DNA of 64,000 bases from the NCBI GenBank assembly GCA_965202585.1, contig OZ241829.1, positions 48,174,001 to 48,238,000 of the forward strand, written 5' to 3'. The stretch's first letter is position 1. Each line of letters opens with the position of its first letter. The position numbers were made by a program, and so were the translations under genes. The notes below the pieces were generated by a model. The model saw nothing but the letters and a program-made list of their open reading frames with translations. It made no database searches and had not been told where the DNA came from. Positions 27,401-38,132 of the stretch are shown here, piece after piece. Source of the DNA: Thalia democratica. Taxonomy: Eukaryota.

Positions 27401-30400
27401 TAGCGGTTTCTCGCGACTATTCCTGCCTGATGAGTCCTAATAAGGACGAAACCGGTCGTAGGATTGTCTCGGATGCTGTTGTTGTTGATCTTGCGGTAAA
27501 GTTCATTGTTTATTTACTAAATATTACAAGAAATATTTCTTAAAAATTTTAAAGTATTTAACTCAAAAAACAAAGAAGATAGATTTATGGTGATTCTTAT
27601 TTATTCACGGTTTTAGTTTTCTCCTTCTATAAGAAACTTTTTGTACTCTCCAACTTTAACTGGATATATCGCAAAAATTTAAAAATAATTTAAATTTAAA
27701 AAGCTGTAAAAAGCAACTTGTATCTAAATTATATAAAATAATATTAAGTATAAAAAATTGAATTACCCTTTCCCCTTATGCCGTCAATTTAGTTTTTATT
27801 TTATTCTAATAATTTTTAATGTAACCTTAAATGAATTTTAATTTAGTTTTAGTTTCTAATCTACTTTCAACATGATTTCAATTTTTATAATTTTATTTTA
27901 ATATTCATCTATTTTTAAATTACTTCAACTTTAATCTATTTTAAAAATAATTGTAGTATATTTAAACTTTATTTTAATTCAGTTTTGAGTAAACTTTAAT
28001 ATAATTTTAATTCAATTTTAATTTGCAACTTAAACTTGATTTATTTTGATGCTTTTTAGATTAAATTTCGCCCTAAATAATCAGGTTTTAAGTAAAAAGT
28101 TATACATAAGAGTCAGAAACATACCAAGTTATAAAAATCGAGTTCAAGAGTTTAGCTTTTAGCTTAAGTAAAATTGAATCAAGTAAGGTACATACCTGCC
28201 AACTAGTTTCAACTTCAAAGCCTCTATCAATATTTTCACGTTCACTTTGCATCTCTTTGAATGCAGTGTTAACCTCTTCATTGTTAATTTTCGGGATATT
28301 ATTGCAAAGTGGATTAAAGACTTAAATTAGTTACTAATTAATTATTGAAGATTTGGTCAGTTCAATCTTAATAAATTTATATACAAAACTTTTAACCAAC
28401 ACTTTGCATGGCTGTTAGAAATAATTTTAGAGCACATCCCACCCTACCTAACCAGTAAAGCATTTGGGCAATCAATGATAAAAATTAAGTAAAATATAAC
28501 TAAAAACATTTTTATATAAGTCATCAAAGTGACGTAATAATAACATAAGTTTTGTTTGTACATATTGAGTTTTAAAATTTATTTTAACAAAGAAGTTATT
28601 TAGTATTACTGATAATTTTTCGAAGTATACTAAACCAAACTATGAAACTATAAGCAAAAACACAACAAAGCAAAAATAACCTTTTAAAGTACATATGAAA
28701 GCAATTATTACAAAAAAATTTTATATAGTTACTTAAAAAGTTTAGTCTGGTAATAGAACAGTTTCTATTTACACATAATAATTTAAGAATTTTATAATTA
28801 AAGCTTCTAGATAGTGTAACTGAAAATAGTTTTCAGCTCGCAGCAAAATTATTTATAACTCCTAATCTTTAAAATTACTGACACACTCGTGATGGGGGCC
28901 GATCATTTCTAACTTGCTATCATTTCTAACCCGATCATTTTAAACCCGACTATTTGTAACCCGATCACTTCTAACTCGATCATTTCTAACCCGATCACTT
29001 CTAACCCGATCATTACTAACTTGATCATATCTAACCCGATCGAGTTCGATCATTTATAAGTTAATCAGTAAATTTATTTTGATTTTTAGATTTCTTTAAT
29101 CAAAATTTATTTTTTAAACAAACTAAATTTTACAAAATGTATTTTTATTCAAATTTAACTTTTCTGTCTTAAACAAAACTTAGTGTTTCTTATGTTCTAC
29201 TTAAAATATACTACTTTTAGTATTAATTTCATTTCAATTTATTATACTTACAATTTTATTTTTTTCTTTATTTTGACTTTTTTTATTATCTATATCCTCA
29301 TATCGAACTTATGTTTTTTAATATACAAGATTTATTACACGAAAATCTTTCTAAAATAAGGAAAAATCAGGGTCTTCTTGCTTAACAATTTTTATCTTAT
29401 CTAGATTTACTGACAAATAAAAATAGCTGTTAAAGATTAAAAAACTGTAGAACTATGTTTTTTTATATGATACGCAAACTATGAACCATAAAGGAATCTA
29501 TAAATATTCTTGTAGTTTCCGTAACATTAAAATAAACATTTTAAGCTTTTTTTATTAACTTTTTAACAAAAAAATCGTTATTTGTCAGTGAAATTAGATT
29601 TTTTTTTGAAAAATTAAGAAGACCCCTAAATAAAGACAAAAAGAAAAAAACCAAAACTTGCCAACATCCCAACAAATATTGAATTTATATAAAAACACTG
29701 ACATTGTAGTTAGTTCACTGAAAAATACTACAAGAAAACTATATTTTTTGAGATATGCTACGCAGACTAAAAAAAGCCAAAATGTCTTACTTATTCTATG
29801 GGTTCATTACCGATGCAATAAACCCGAAATCGAAAAAAAAACAGGTAATTTGTTTTAGCTGTATCATTTTGCTGTTAAGTTCTATAAAATAAAAACTTTA
29901 AGAACAAAGAAAGTGTTGTTGCTAAAATTTTTAAGTCAAGAAAATAAATATAATATTTATCTACCTTAACCTATAGCAAAAAAAAAAATCAATGACACTT
30001 AAACAGACTTGTTTTTAAATACAACAAGTACGAGGATGATCAAATCTCGTTTAATTAATCTTCTTTAAAGTTTTCAGTTAAGTTAATTTAATAAATGAAA
30101 AGTATTATTATTTGATTTACTTTAATTGTTTTAAGTACAACTAAACTAAAACTTATGTTGAAATATTTATAATCTTTTATTTACTTTATTTAAAAAAATT
30201 AAATAAACGTAATCACAAACAAAATAACAACAAAAAAAGCATTTTATATAAATAAAAATACTTATAGTTACAATAATTTTAAATACGAGAAAAAAATCAT
30301 AAAAACTCTTTTTATAAAGTAAATATAATTGTAAAAAACTAAATATATCAAATTAAGTACTGATTCAAGTCGTAATTAAAATATTTTGGATATAACATAA

Positions 30401-33400
30401 ACTTAAGTAAAAGTTTTTAAGAAGATTAACTAAACGAAATTCGATAACTCTCGGACTTGTTACATTTAAATCTGTTTAAGTGGTTATATCTAAAAAATAT
30501 GATTTTCCACTAAAAAAACAAAAGTGTTCTAAATCGTTTATTGTTTGTTTTAATTACATTATCTACACAGGTCTTCGCAAGTTGTGGAACAGTTTTTGCA
30601 AGTTTTTAAGCTTAAAGTGGAAATTTACAGACTATAAAGTGGTAATAGATTAGTCAACTACTATACAACGCTTGCGCTAGACTTACAACAAAACTTATAG
30701 ACTGTAATATGAAAGTCTTTGTATCTGAATACTACATTTGTAACAGTTTTTTTTTTTTTTACTTGTGTTAAAATAAAATTCAAGTTTACTAAATGACAAG
30801 AATATATAACTTAAGTATAGTAAAAACAACTTACTTTAAGAATTCAACAAAGCATAATTTTAAAAAAGAAAACAATCTAGTAAATCTTATTTAATCTGAA
30901 AAAATAAAGTTCGATTTAAGCAGAATGATATGAAAAAAATTTCAAAGTAAGGAAAACATTTTCAAATTAAAATAAGTTAAAATAAAACGATTATTAAAAT
31001 TTTATTCTAATTAAAGCTATATAAACATTAAGTTTATGTTAAGACAAATTTAACTATTTTTTTATATAATAACAATTTTGTTAACATTAGTTTAGATTCA
31101 AAATAAACACTGATTGAAATAAATCTAAAAAATATTTTTTTTTACTGATTGGGTTATAAACGATTGGGTTATAAACGATTGGGTTATAAACGATCGGGTT
31201 AAAAATGATCGGGTTAAAAATGAACGGGTTAAAAATGATCGAGATAGAAATTATCGGGTTAGAAATGATCAGGTTAAAAATAATCGGGTTAGATATCATC
31301 GGGTTAGAGATGATTGGGTTAGAAATGATCTAGTTAGAAAAGATCGAGTTAGAAATGATCGGATCAGAAATGAATGGGTTATAAATAAACGGGTTAGAAA
31401 TGACCGCGGGCTAGAAATGATAGTAAACCACCCGTGATATTGTTAAAGAGTTGTCCGATTTAATAAGAGTAATTTTCTCATGAGTTTCAGATAAACCCTT
31501 GTTCCAGCTTTTGAGAAGTTTAGGCAATTTTAAGTTTATGCTAATCCTTAAAAGTTGGATTAGAATTTATATATAAAATCTTTGAAAAATTACTAACAAC
31601 TAATAAAATTAGCAAAACACTAATTGAATTTACTTACTTCAATTAAAAACACTATAAGTAAAAATACATATATAGATAAAGAAAATCTCATAATAAAAAT
31701 AATTTTTCAAACAAGTGTAGAATATTGTTTTTTTTTCAAGATGGTTTAAAAAACTTTTTTTAAATAAGAAGCATACTATAGTATGTGTAATTAACTATAG
31801 AATATAGAAAAGCAGCACAGTCATACTATTTTCAAAGTTAGTTTTTATATATTATTATATTTATACTGATCTGTTAAACAAAATTTTTACCGTGCCATTG
31901 CAAAATGCTAAAAATAATTTTGTTTTAAAGAAGTATAGCACATTAGTTATCATTAGAAAGATAAAACTATATTTAGTAATACCAATAGTTTAAATTAGGT
32001 TAAATGGAATTAAATGATAAAATCTAAATAACAAAAGAAATCTTTCATTCGCGCAGAATATTTATTAAACTTACAATTAATTGCAGGACAAGCATATTCA
32101 GTCAGTTTTAAAATGAAACAAAGAACATCCGCAATAAAATATATATTAATAGTTTTTATACATTTTTCATGTGTCTTTTCCAACGTTTTTACACATTCTT
32201 GTTCTCCAAGACGAAATATCTCTGAATTGTTGTTGTTGTTATTAAGTTTATTGTTAATACTGGTAAAGCATACCTCAACAGCTTGAAAAATCCAAAAAAT
32301 TTTCTTTAAAAATAAAATACATAATTACATTTCTGTACACAAACACAACAGTTCATGACGTTACAAACCATTTAAAAAAAGTATTGAATAACTAATTCAA
32401 TATAATCACAAAGGTAATGTGAGTAGAAACGAATTGTTATATAAAAAATTTTAGTTTTTAATAAAAGAAAACATTTTGTACCTATTATTTAAAAAATACT
32501 TATTTACTCTTCAACTAATTATTATTTAATATGTGAACCTGTTGTAAACTAAAGTTTTTTAAATACATTACCAAATATATTTCATTTTTAAACACTGTTT
32601 TCTAACATTTCAAACAAATTCAAACATTATTAGTTTAAAATAACTTCAATGTCAACTTACCTTTACATTCTTCATCTGCCTTGTTTTGTAGCTTAGTACC
32701 TATATCCACTTTTTTGCTTTTGTCTTGCATTTTATACCCAGCATCTTCTAAAATTCTATTTTCTGTTTCATCTAAAAGCTTTTCAAACTCATTTTTTATT
32801 CCATCAACTCTTATTGACTCGTCCTAATAAAAGTTACTTTTAATAAATTTAAAAACGAATTTGTTATTGTACTAAAATTTCGTTTTGTATTCAAATACCA
32901 TTTGTAACCTAAGATAACTAAAATTAAATTACAATTTATTTTTACAAAAAAGCTTTCTTAACAATCATGAACTTATAAAAGCCTTATCATGTGAGAAAAT
33001 GAAGCTAAAAATACAGTTTAATGTTTTTTAATATGCTTAAGGTGTTAAATAGTAATCTATAAAAAAGATTTAATTGAAAATCATAACTTTGCGTGTTTAA
33101 TGTAAGAAAAAGCTAAGTAGGAATGTGTCAGTTAATAAATAGATAAAGATTTTGTGTTTTCATCTGATGCAAACTGAGTGTTTCATTTTAGCTTATATTC
33201 TTTTGTAGCAACTCAAAGCTGTAAGGTTTACTCTGCTTGCATTGTTTTAAAACTCAAAAACTTCTTAGAATATTTGTGTGTTCAATTAAAGAGTTGATTG
33301 AATATTGTGCTGTTTTTATCAGTTTTGTTATGCTATATAAATTCTCAGCATACTTGACATAATATTTTATATTAAAAAAATAACTTAAACTGTATCTTTT

Positions 33401-36400
33401 AACTTCATTATCAGTATAAATAAAAACATCTATCAGAGTCCATTAAAGTAAGTAACTTTCAATTAGATAAATTATTCTTTGATGATTCAATAAAGAATTT
33501 TGTAGATAAAATACAACTTAAATTTAATTTAAACAATGTATATTCTGTTTAAGTGCTCTTTATCAATTAAATATTTTTATATGGCAAATTGTTGATCTTA
33601 GACTCAATCTTTCTATTAATAAAGTTTTTTCTACAATACTATACAAACACGTTTCATTACAATCTGGAGCAAAAAAAAAACTAACTACTGCATTTGTGTA
33701 GGCAGATAATACTGGAGCATTAATCAAATAGACAACATCTTTGAGTTGTTGTGACTGCAAGGTTGAAAGACAGGCAATACTTTGAATTGCTTGATCTCCA
33801 TGCTCGATTAAGTTTAAAACTGGACCTTAAAACTTATTCAATTAAAAGAATTTCGAATGATCAAGAAAACAATTTTCAAAAAATTTTAAGTTGATAATTA
33901 TGTGCTGAATAATAGTCTCTACAATGAAAACGTTTATGATTAAAATAATTTTGTGATAACAACAACATAGAGAACTCAATTAAAGGTCATTACGGTAAAA
34001 TATATTTTAGTCTTATTTTTATTTGATAGTGTAATTAACTTTAAATTTAACAATTAAAACAGTGTTGCCAAAGGTTTTAGTAAATTTCTTCTTAGTTTTC
34101 TGGATTTTTTCCAGGTTTTTAAAAACAAGTTTTTTGGTCCATTTTAGTACAAAATAAGATTTTAGTTTTGGGCATTGGGAGTAAAACACTTTTTTTCAAA
34201 TTAGGTCTTTTTTACATAATTACATGAAATTTCATGCTTCTTGTTACTTCTACCCTTTTTTGCTTTTAAAAACTAAAAGTAACTTTTGAAATATAAGCAA
34301 TCAAAATTGGAGCGTTCAATAGGTTTTTTATGGGAGGCACAAACCAAAAGGGCAAAAATAGACTATTTCACTAAAAATCTATCTTCTCCTTCAGTTTTAG
34401 AGCAATTGTTGTAAAACTTTCTCAGAGTAATCTTTAATAAACTTTTAAAAACTTGTAAGAAACAGACTTTTGAATAAAAAAAAAATTAACAAACAAAAAT
34501 GTTTTTTTTAACTATGGTCATAATTTTTTTTATAGCTTTTTTTTTTGAAAATCTGCTTTCTACAAGTTGTTTATAATATTAAAAAGTTTATTTTCTGAAA
34601 ATTTCCTGATAATTATTAAAAAGTACAATTTTTCACTACTATAGTAATCTATAAAAGATTATTACTTATCTAAAAAATTTGAAAAAAGTTCTAATAAACA
34701 AGTGGAAGGTATTGTAAATCAAAATTAATAAATACAAGAATAAACAAAACAAATGTATAAAAATTTAGAATATACAAAAAGCTTGAAATCTTATGTTATA
34801 AAATCTAATGTTTAAAATTTCTTAAAAACTAATACTTGGGTGTAATTTAAATTTTTTTAAATACTGAAAAATGGTTACTATTGCTGTGTTGATGGTTACT
34901 ATAAAATATAAAGTTTTAATTTAAACAAGCAATTAAAAAAACTTAACTTTATATAACTAAATTTATATAAGAATAAAGTAAAAAAAGCAGTATAATTGTG
35001 TCTTAGTTGTAATTAAATTAGCTGGTTAAAATTTTTTACATGTATATGTGTTATAGTTATAAAAAAATGTTAATAAACTAAACGTTACATAAAGGACTCT
35101 TGTAAAAATAAAGCTTGTATCTAATAAAGGTTTTTATTAATGTATTGAAAATTAAAAATCAGAAAGTTACAACTAAGCTTTATAACGTAACTATGTAACT
35201 ATCTTTATCTTAAATCTAAACTAGTAATATAGAGTAGTAGGATATTTTAGTTGGTTACATGGCAATTCAAATTGGGACAACTCAAATTCCAACAACTCAA
35301 ATTCTTAAAAAATATTTGAAAGACTATAATATATGACTATATATCTATAAGTAATTAAAATTTGAAAATATATATATATGTAGATCTTATTATTAGCTAC
35401 AAGCTACTTTTTTATTTTTTGCAAAACTTTAAATATTTTTGAAATTATTTTAAAACTACTAAAATTAACTATATTTTTTAATTTATTTAAGCTTTACCTC
35501 AAAAAGTATTTTTTTTTTTTTCAAAAAGAAAAAAAATAACTTGTAGATATTAATTTGACCTACATATGCATTTTTTATGTTTGACAAATATACATTACTT
35601 TTTAGTTGTGGCCGTTTCAATTTTATTTAAAAGAATTTGAATTGTCAAAATTTGAATTGTCCGAATTTGAATAGTCATGCACCCATTTTAGTTATAGTTT
35701 GTCTTTGTTTTAAACTTTAAGATTTTGGCTCATTTTATTATTAGAGAAGGTTTTTATATTCAAAATTCTTTTTTTCTTGAGATTGAAGTAATTAAATATT
35801 TCTTTAAAAATTACCTCCTAAAACCCATGATATAAGAACTGCTTTATATATTTTTCTTCCTGTACCAGTAAGCAATGTTGGAACACATAGCATGACTATG
35901 CAGCGGACTCTTACAGACACAGCACAGCTTGCAGCACAAACAAAGAGAAGAATCCAAAATAAAGTATTCAGCAATGAAAGTCCATCATCAAATTCAAAAG
36001 CCGGTTTTAACACAAGTTCATAGTAGACTGTATTAGTATAAAAATTAACTCTACTAAAATTAAAAAAACTAAATTTCAAATACTGTACAAAAATAAAATA
36101 TAATACTACACATTTATAGATATATTAAACTTATAAAATCTACTTACAATTTACTGTAACTTTTTCATATACTCATTGTCTTTATATAGTCTTAAATAGG
36201 AGTGGGCAACATCTTTAGTTAATAACATTTTCAGTTTTAATATGTAAAAATGTTTTTTTAATTTTTAAAGTTTTTCACAAAGTAGAAATAAAAATATTTA
36301 CTATTTAAAACTAATATAGTTGAGTGATAGTAAACACTCATTTATTTTTTTTTAATACAAATATATACATAACTTATGATAAAGCTCAATTATTATTTAA

Positions 36401-37113
36401 ACAATCGTAAAAAAGAGACCCTACACAACATGCAGTAAATTCTGGATAATATTAAATATACAATCATAAAAACTCAAAACTTACTTTAAATCATTTTACA
36501 AAACATATATTTAAGTAGTTTTAGACATTTTACTAGGTAGATATGGTCAAATATAAGTATAAAAAAACACTTAATAAAAACAATTAATTAGAAAAACTTG
36601 CCTGAGATTTAAGAAAAATATCCAACTTAGCCTAAAATTTGTAAAAAATAAAATTTCAAAGCCCGAGTTATCTTTCAAATTATCCTGAGTTATTCTGAGT
36701 AATCTAAATGCATTTAGCAACCAATGGTATGGTATAATTTCAATTTTAAGGTTTATATAACCAAAAATTTAACAAAAACATGTGTATTTTTCAAGATAAA
36801 ATAATATAAATATTTACATTACAAACTCACTGTAACCCATAGCCACTCCTAGTGCTGCTCCTCCAATTGCTTTAAGAGCAAAGTATTCATAGTATGTACT
36901 TTTACTTATATTTTCAAAAAGTTTATAAAATTTCTTTCTAAAAGAAGCTGCTTCATCCAATTTTTTGTCACTATTACTAATATATTTATTACTTGATTTT
37001 GTTCTGCATAGAAAACAATTTAGGAATTTATAGTTTTCACTGTGAGCTGTTTTAACAAACTCAGCTTCTTTATCCATATTCTCAATAAAATCTGTATATG
37101 CCAATTTTTCTGT
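15461..37113 (-). CDS. DC-STAMP domain-containing protein (DCST1/DCST2, SPE-42/Sneaky family) with C-terminal Cys-rich RING-like finger; start exon not resolved
   Basis: Fourteen phase-consistent minus-strand exons: 37113-36831, 36212-36155, 36053-35815, 33825-33686, 32823-32661, 32221-32075, 28320-28196, 25627-25473, 22260-22161, 20567-20472, 18819-18675, 16478-16377, 16048-15792, 15691-15461 (2241 nt, ends in TAA). Family motifs: SVRVRCIVMLCVPTLLTGTGR, GPVLNL..IACL, DYDNYYITSYFRKKD, HLIPLKKLE, VKGNG, CLPTP, RIRHKIAGFSFRRQEKRRVVYLYN, CIVCGE..C...C...YCSVCW. Confidence 0.9.
16588..16708 (+). repeat. Structured repeat family, copy 6 (in DCST intron)
   Basis: TGCCCTGGACAAAAC...GGTGTGTGA..AACT-AAAA-GGTT..TCGTATACC-AGGTC..ATTTTGAGCG-T-rich. 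Confidence 0.85.
17885..18000 (-). repeat. Structured repeat family, copy 7 (inverted, same DCST intron)
   Basis: Reverse complement reads TGTACTGGACATGAC...GGTGTATGA-CTCGAT-AACC-GAAA-GGTT-TTT-TCGTACACT-AGGTCCTAGGACC...GCGC-T-run. Confidence 0.85.
21555..21925. mobile_element. CAGGGTTGCCAC-TIR MITE (hAT-like, 6-bp TSD family)
   Basis: TIR CAGGGTTGCCAC / GTGGCAACCCT; flanks TTTAGT / TTAAGT; internal CCAGGTTT motifs. Confidence 0.8.
23228..23473. mobile_element. hAT-type MITE
   Basis: Ends CAGAGTTTCC / GAAAAACCCCG; perfect 8-bp TSD ATGTAAAT. Confidence 0.8.
23607..24273. mobile_element. Kolobok-like non-autonomous element with long inverted arms
   Basis: TTAA|GGCCATAGGGG ... CCCTCTATGGCC|TTAA; RR/YY termini with TTAA TSD; inner arms inverted. 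Confidence 0.85.
24750..25050. mobile_element. CAGGGTTGCCA-family MITE, one end degraded
   Basis: CAGGGTTGCCA at 24750, internal CCAGGTTTT motifs like 21555-21925. Confidence 0.55.
27088..27141 (+). ncRNA. Type I hammerhead ribozyme, minimal palindromic helix III; predicted cleavage after C27130 (GUC)
   Basis: Stem I GACUAUUCCUGC/GUAGGAUUGUC; core CUGAUGA 27100-27106; stem II GUCC-UAAUAA-GGAC; GAAA; helix III ACCGGU; GUC triplet. Confidence 0.92.
27415..27468 (+). ncRNA. Second identical type I hammerhead ribozyme; predicted cleavage after C27457
   Basis: Identical to 27088-27141, 327 nt downstream. Confidence 0.92.
28894..31429. mobile_element. 2.5-kb Mutator-like non-autonomous element with 15-bp minisatellite inverted termini
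   Basis: CATTTCTAACCCGAT arrays at ~28902-29041 (+) and ~31148-31422 (-); 9-bp TSD ACTCGTGAT / ACCCGTGAT; GG/CC termini. Confidence 0.8.
34060..34470. mobile_element. Composite: CAGTGTTGCCA MITE end followed by a Kolobok-like arm from 34170
   Basis: CAGTGTTGCCA at 34060; GGGCATTGGG at 34170, then ATGGGAGGCACAAAC...GACTATTTCACTAAAAATCTATCTTCTCCT. Confidence 0.6.
35253..35684. mobile_element. Mutator-like MITE
   Basis: TIR GGTTACATGGCAATTCAAATT / AATTTGAATAGTCATGCACCC; perfect 9-bp TSD ATTTTAGTT. Confidence 0.85.
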
Positions 37114-38029
37114 CTGTAAATGTTACTAGTGTTACATTTAATTAATTAAAACAGATTACTATGTAATTAACAAAAAAAAATTAGAGCTTACAACAATGAA
37201 TTTAGTTAAAAATTCAAAAACTAGGTACATATTTAAAAAACTTAAACTAATAAAAAAAAACTACCTTTAAAAAAAATGTATACAAATAGCTTTAAGTATT
37301 AAAAACTAAATATTTCACAATTTTTAATTGAGATAAATATTCCTTTTCTACTACTGTAATAACAAATAGTCTAGACCTTCTTTTTTTTGTTGCTTCTGCA
37401 AGAAGAATCAAGTCAGGAAGATCTGTTTTGGATTTCAAATAACTAGTGTTATTGGAATTATAGCTTTGTTAACAATGATAATAATAAATAATATAAAAGT
37501 TTCAAACTGTATTTTTAAATACTAGCTAGGATGTATGATTCTAGTTCAAGTATGCTAAGCCACGTGCCAATATGTATGTAATCACTAAATCAACAAATTA
37601 TTTTGATTTTAAGTACAATAGTTTTATATTTTTGCTATAATAACTCTTTCTTCACCAGTTTTTGTAAAAAATTATAATGTTTTTATTGTACATACAAACA
37701 TTATTTACGTGCTTTTATTTTTAAAAATAAATTTTTCAAACAAAAAAAAGCTACTTAATGTGTAATTTTATCTGTCCTGATTAATTTACGAAACCGTAAA
37801 TAGTTTAAAGGCTTAATATTAATATTTGGCTAAATTCCGAAAAGTTTAAGTATTTTTTTTTATTATTCTACAAGCACTAGATTGCACCACTCGACCATTC
37901 GATACAATTTACGACCTATTTTCGTTTTTTATTAAAACTTATTAGGTAGACATCGCGACTCGCGAGAAACTACTGTTTCAATCTAGGTAAATGGGATTTA
38001 GTACTACCGTTGTAAGCTTATACGTCTCT

Positions 38030-38132
38030 CACGATTGTATTTTCCTGAGACGTTCTGAAAAGAACAAAACCGGTCATAGATTGTCTTCGATACTGGTGCA
38101 AACAGTCGTGCGTTCCAGACTGGTTCATTTGT
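38030..38132 (+). pseudogene. Decayed hammerhead/retrozyme relic of a related family
   Basis: CCTGAGAC-GTTC-TGAAAA-GAAC-AAAA-CCGGTC-ATAGATTGTCTTCGATACTG aligns with the 27-kb ribozyme; catalytic core mutated. Confidence 0.7.

Larger units (their letters stand above)
26813..27514 (+). mobile_element. Non-LTR retrozyme-like tandem array: 327-bp unit x2.15 with hammerhead ribozymes
   Basis: Unit restarts at 26813, 27140 and 27467; only one difference seen between full copies (G26980/A27307); GC-richer than flanks; a hammerhead at each unit junction. Confidence 0.92.
26444..27783. mobile_element. Kolobok-like MITE split by the hammerhead repeat insertion
   Basis: Left GGGCATAGGG and arm (AAAGTCGGAGAGTACAATAGG); inverted right arm (TTGTACTCTCCAACTTT) ending CCCCTTATGCCG; the 327-bp array sits between the arms. 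Confidence 0.75.

Noticed and set aside
31087-31299. ORF with (I/V)xNP repeats
   Set aside because: Translation of the CATTTCTAACCCGAT minisatellite.
28902-31422. Short tandem arrays as CRISPR or telomeric repeats
   Set aside because: No unique spacers, eukaryotic context, and a 15-bp unit rather than TTAGGG; explained as transposon termini.
37340-37470. Candidate further 5' exon of the DCST gene (SYLKSKTDLPDLILLAEATKKRR...)
   Set aside because: Open frame but no ATG, no family motif and weak splice sites; cannot be supported.
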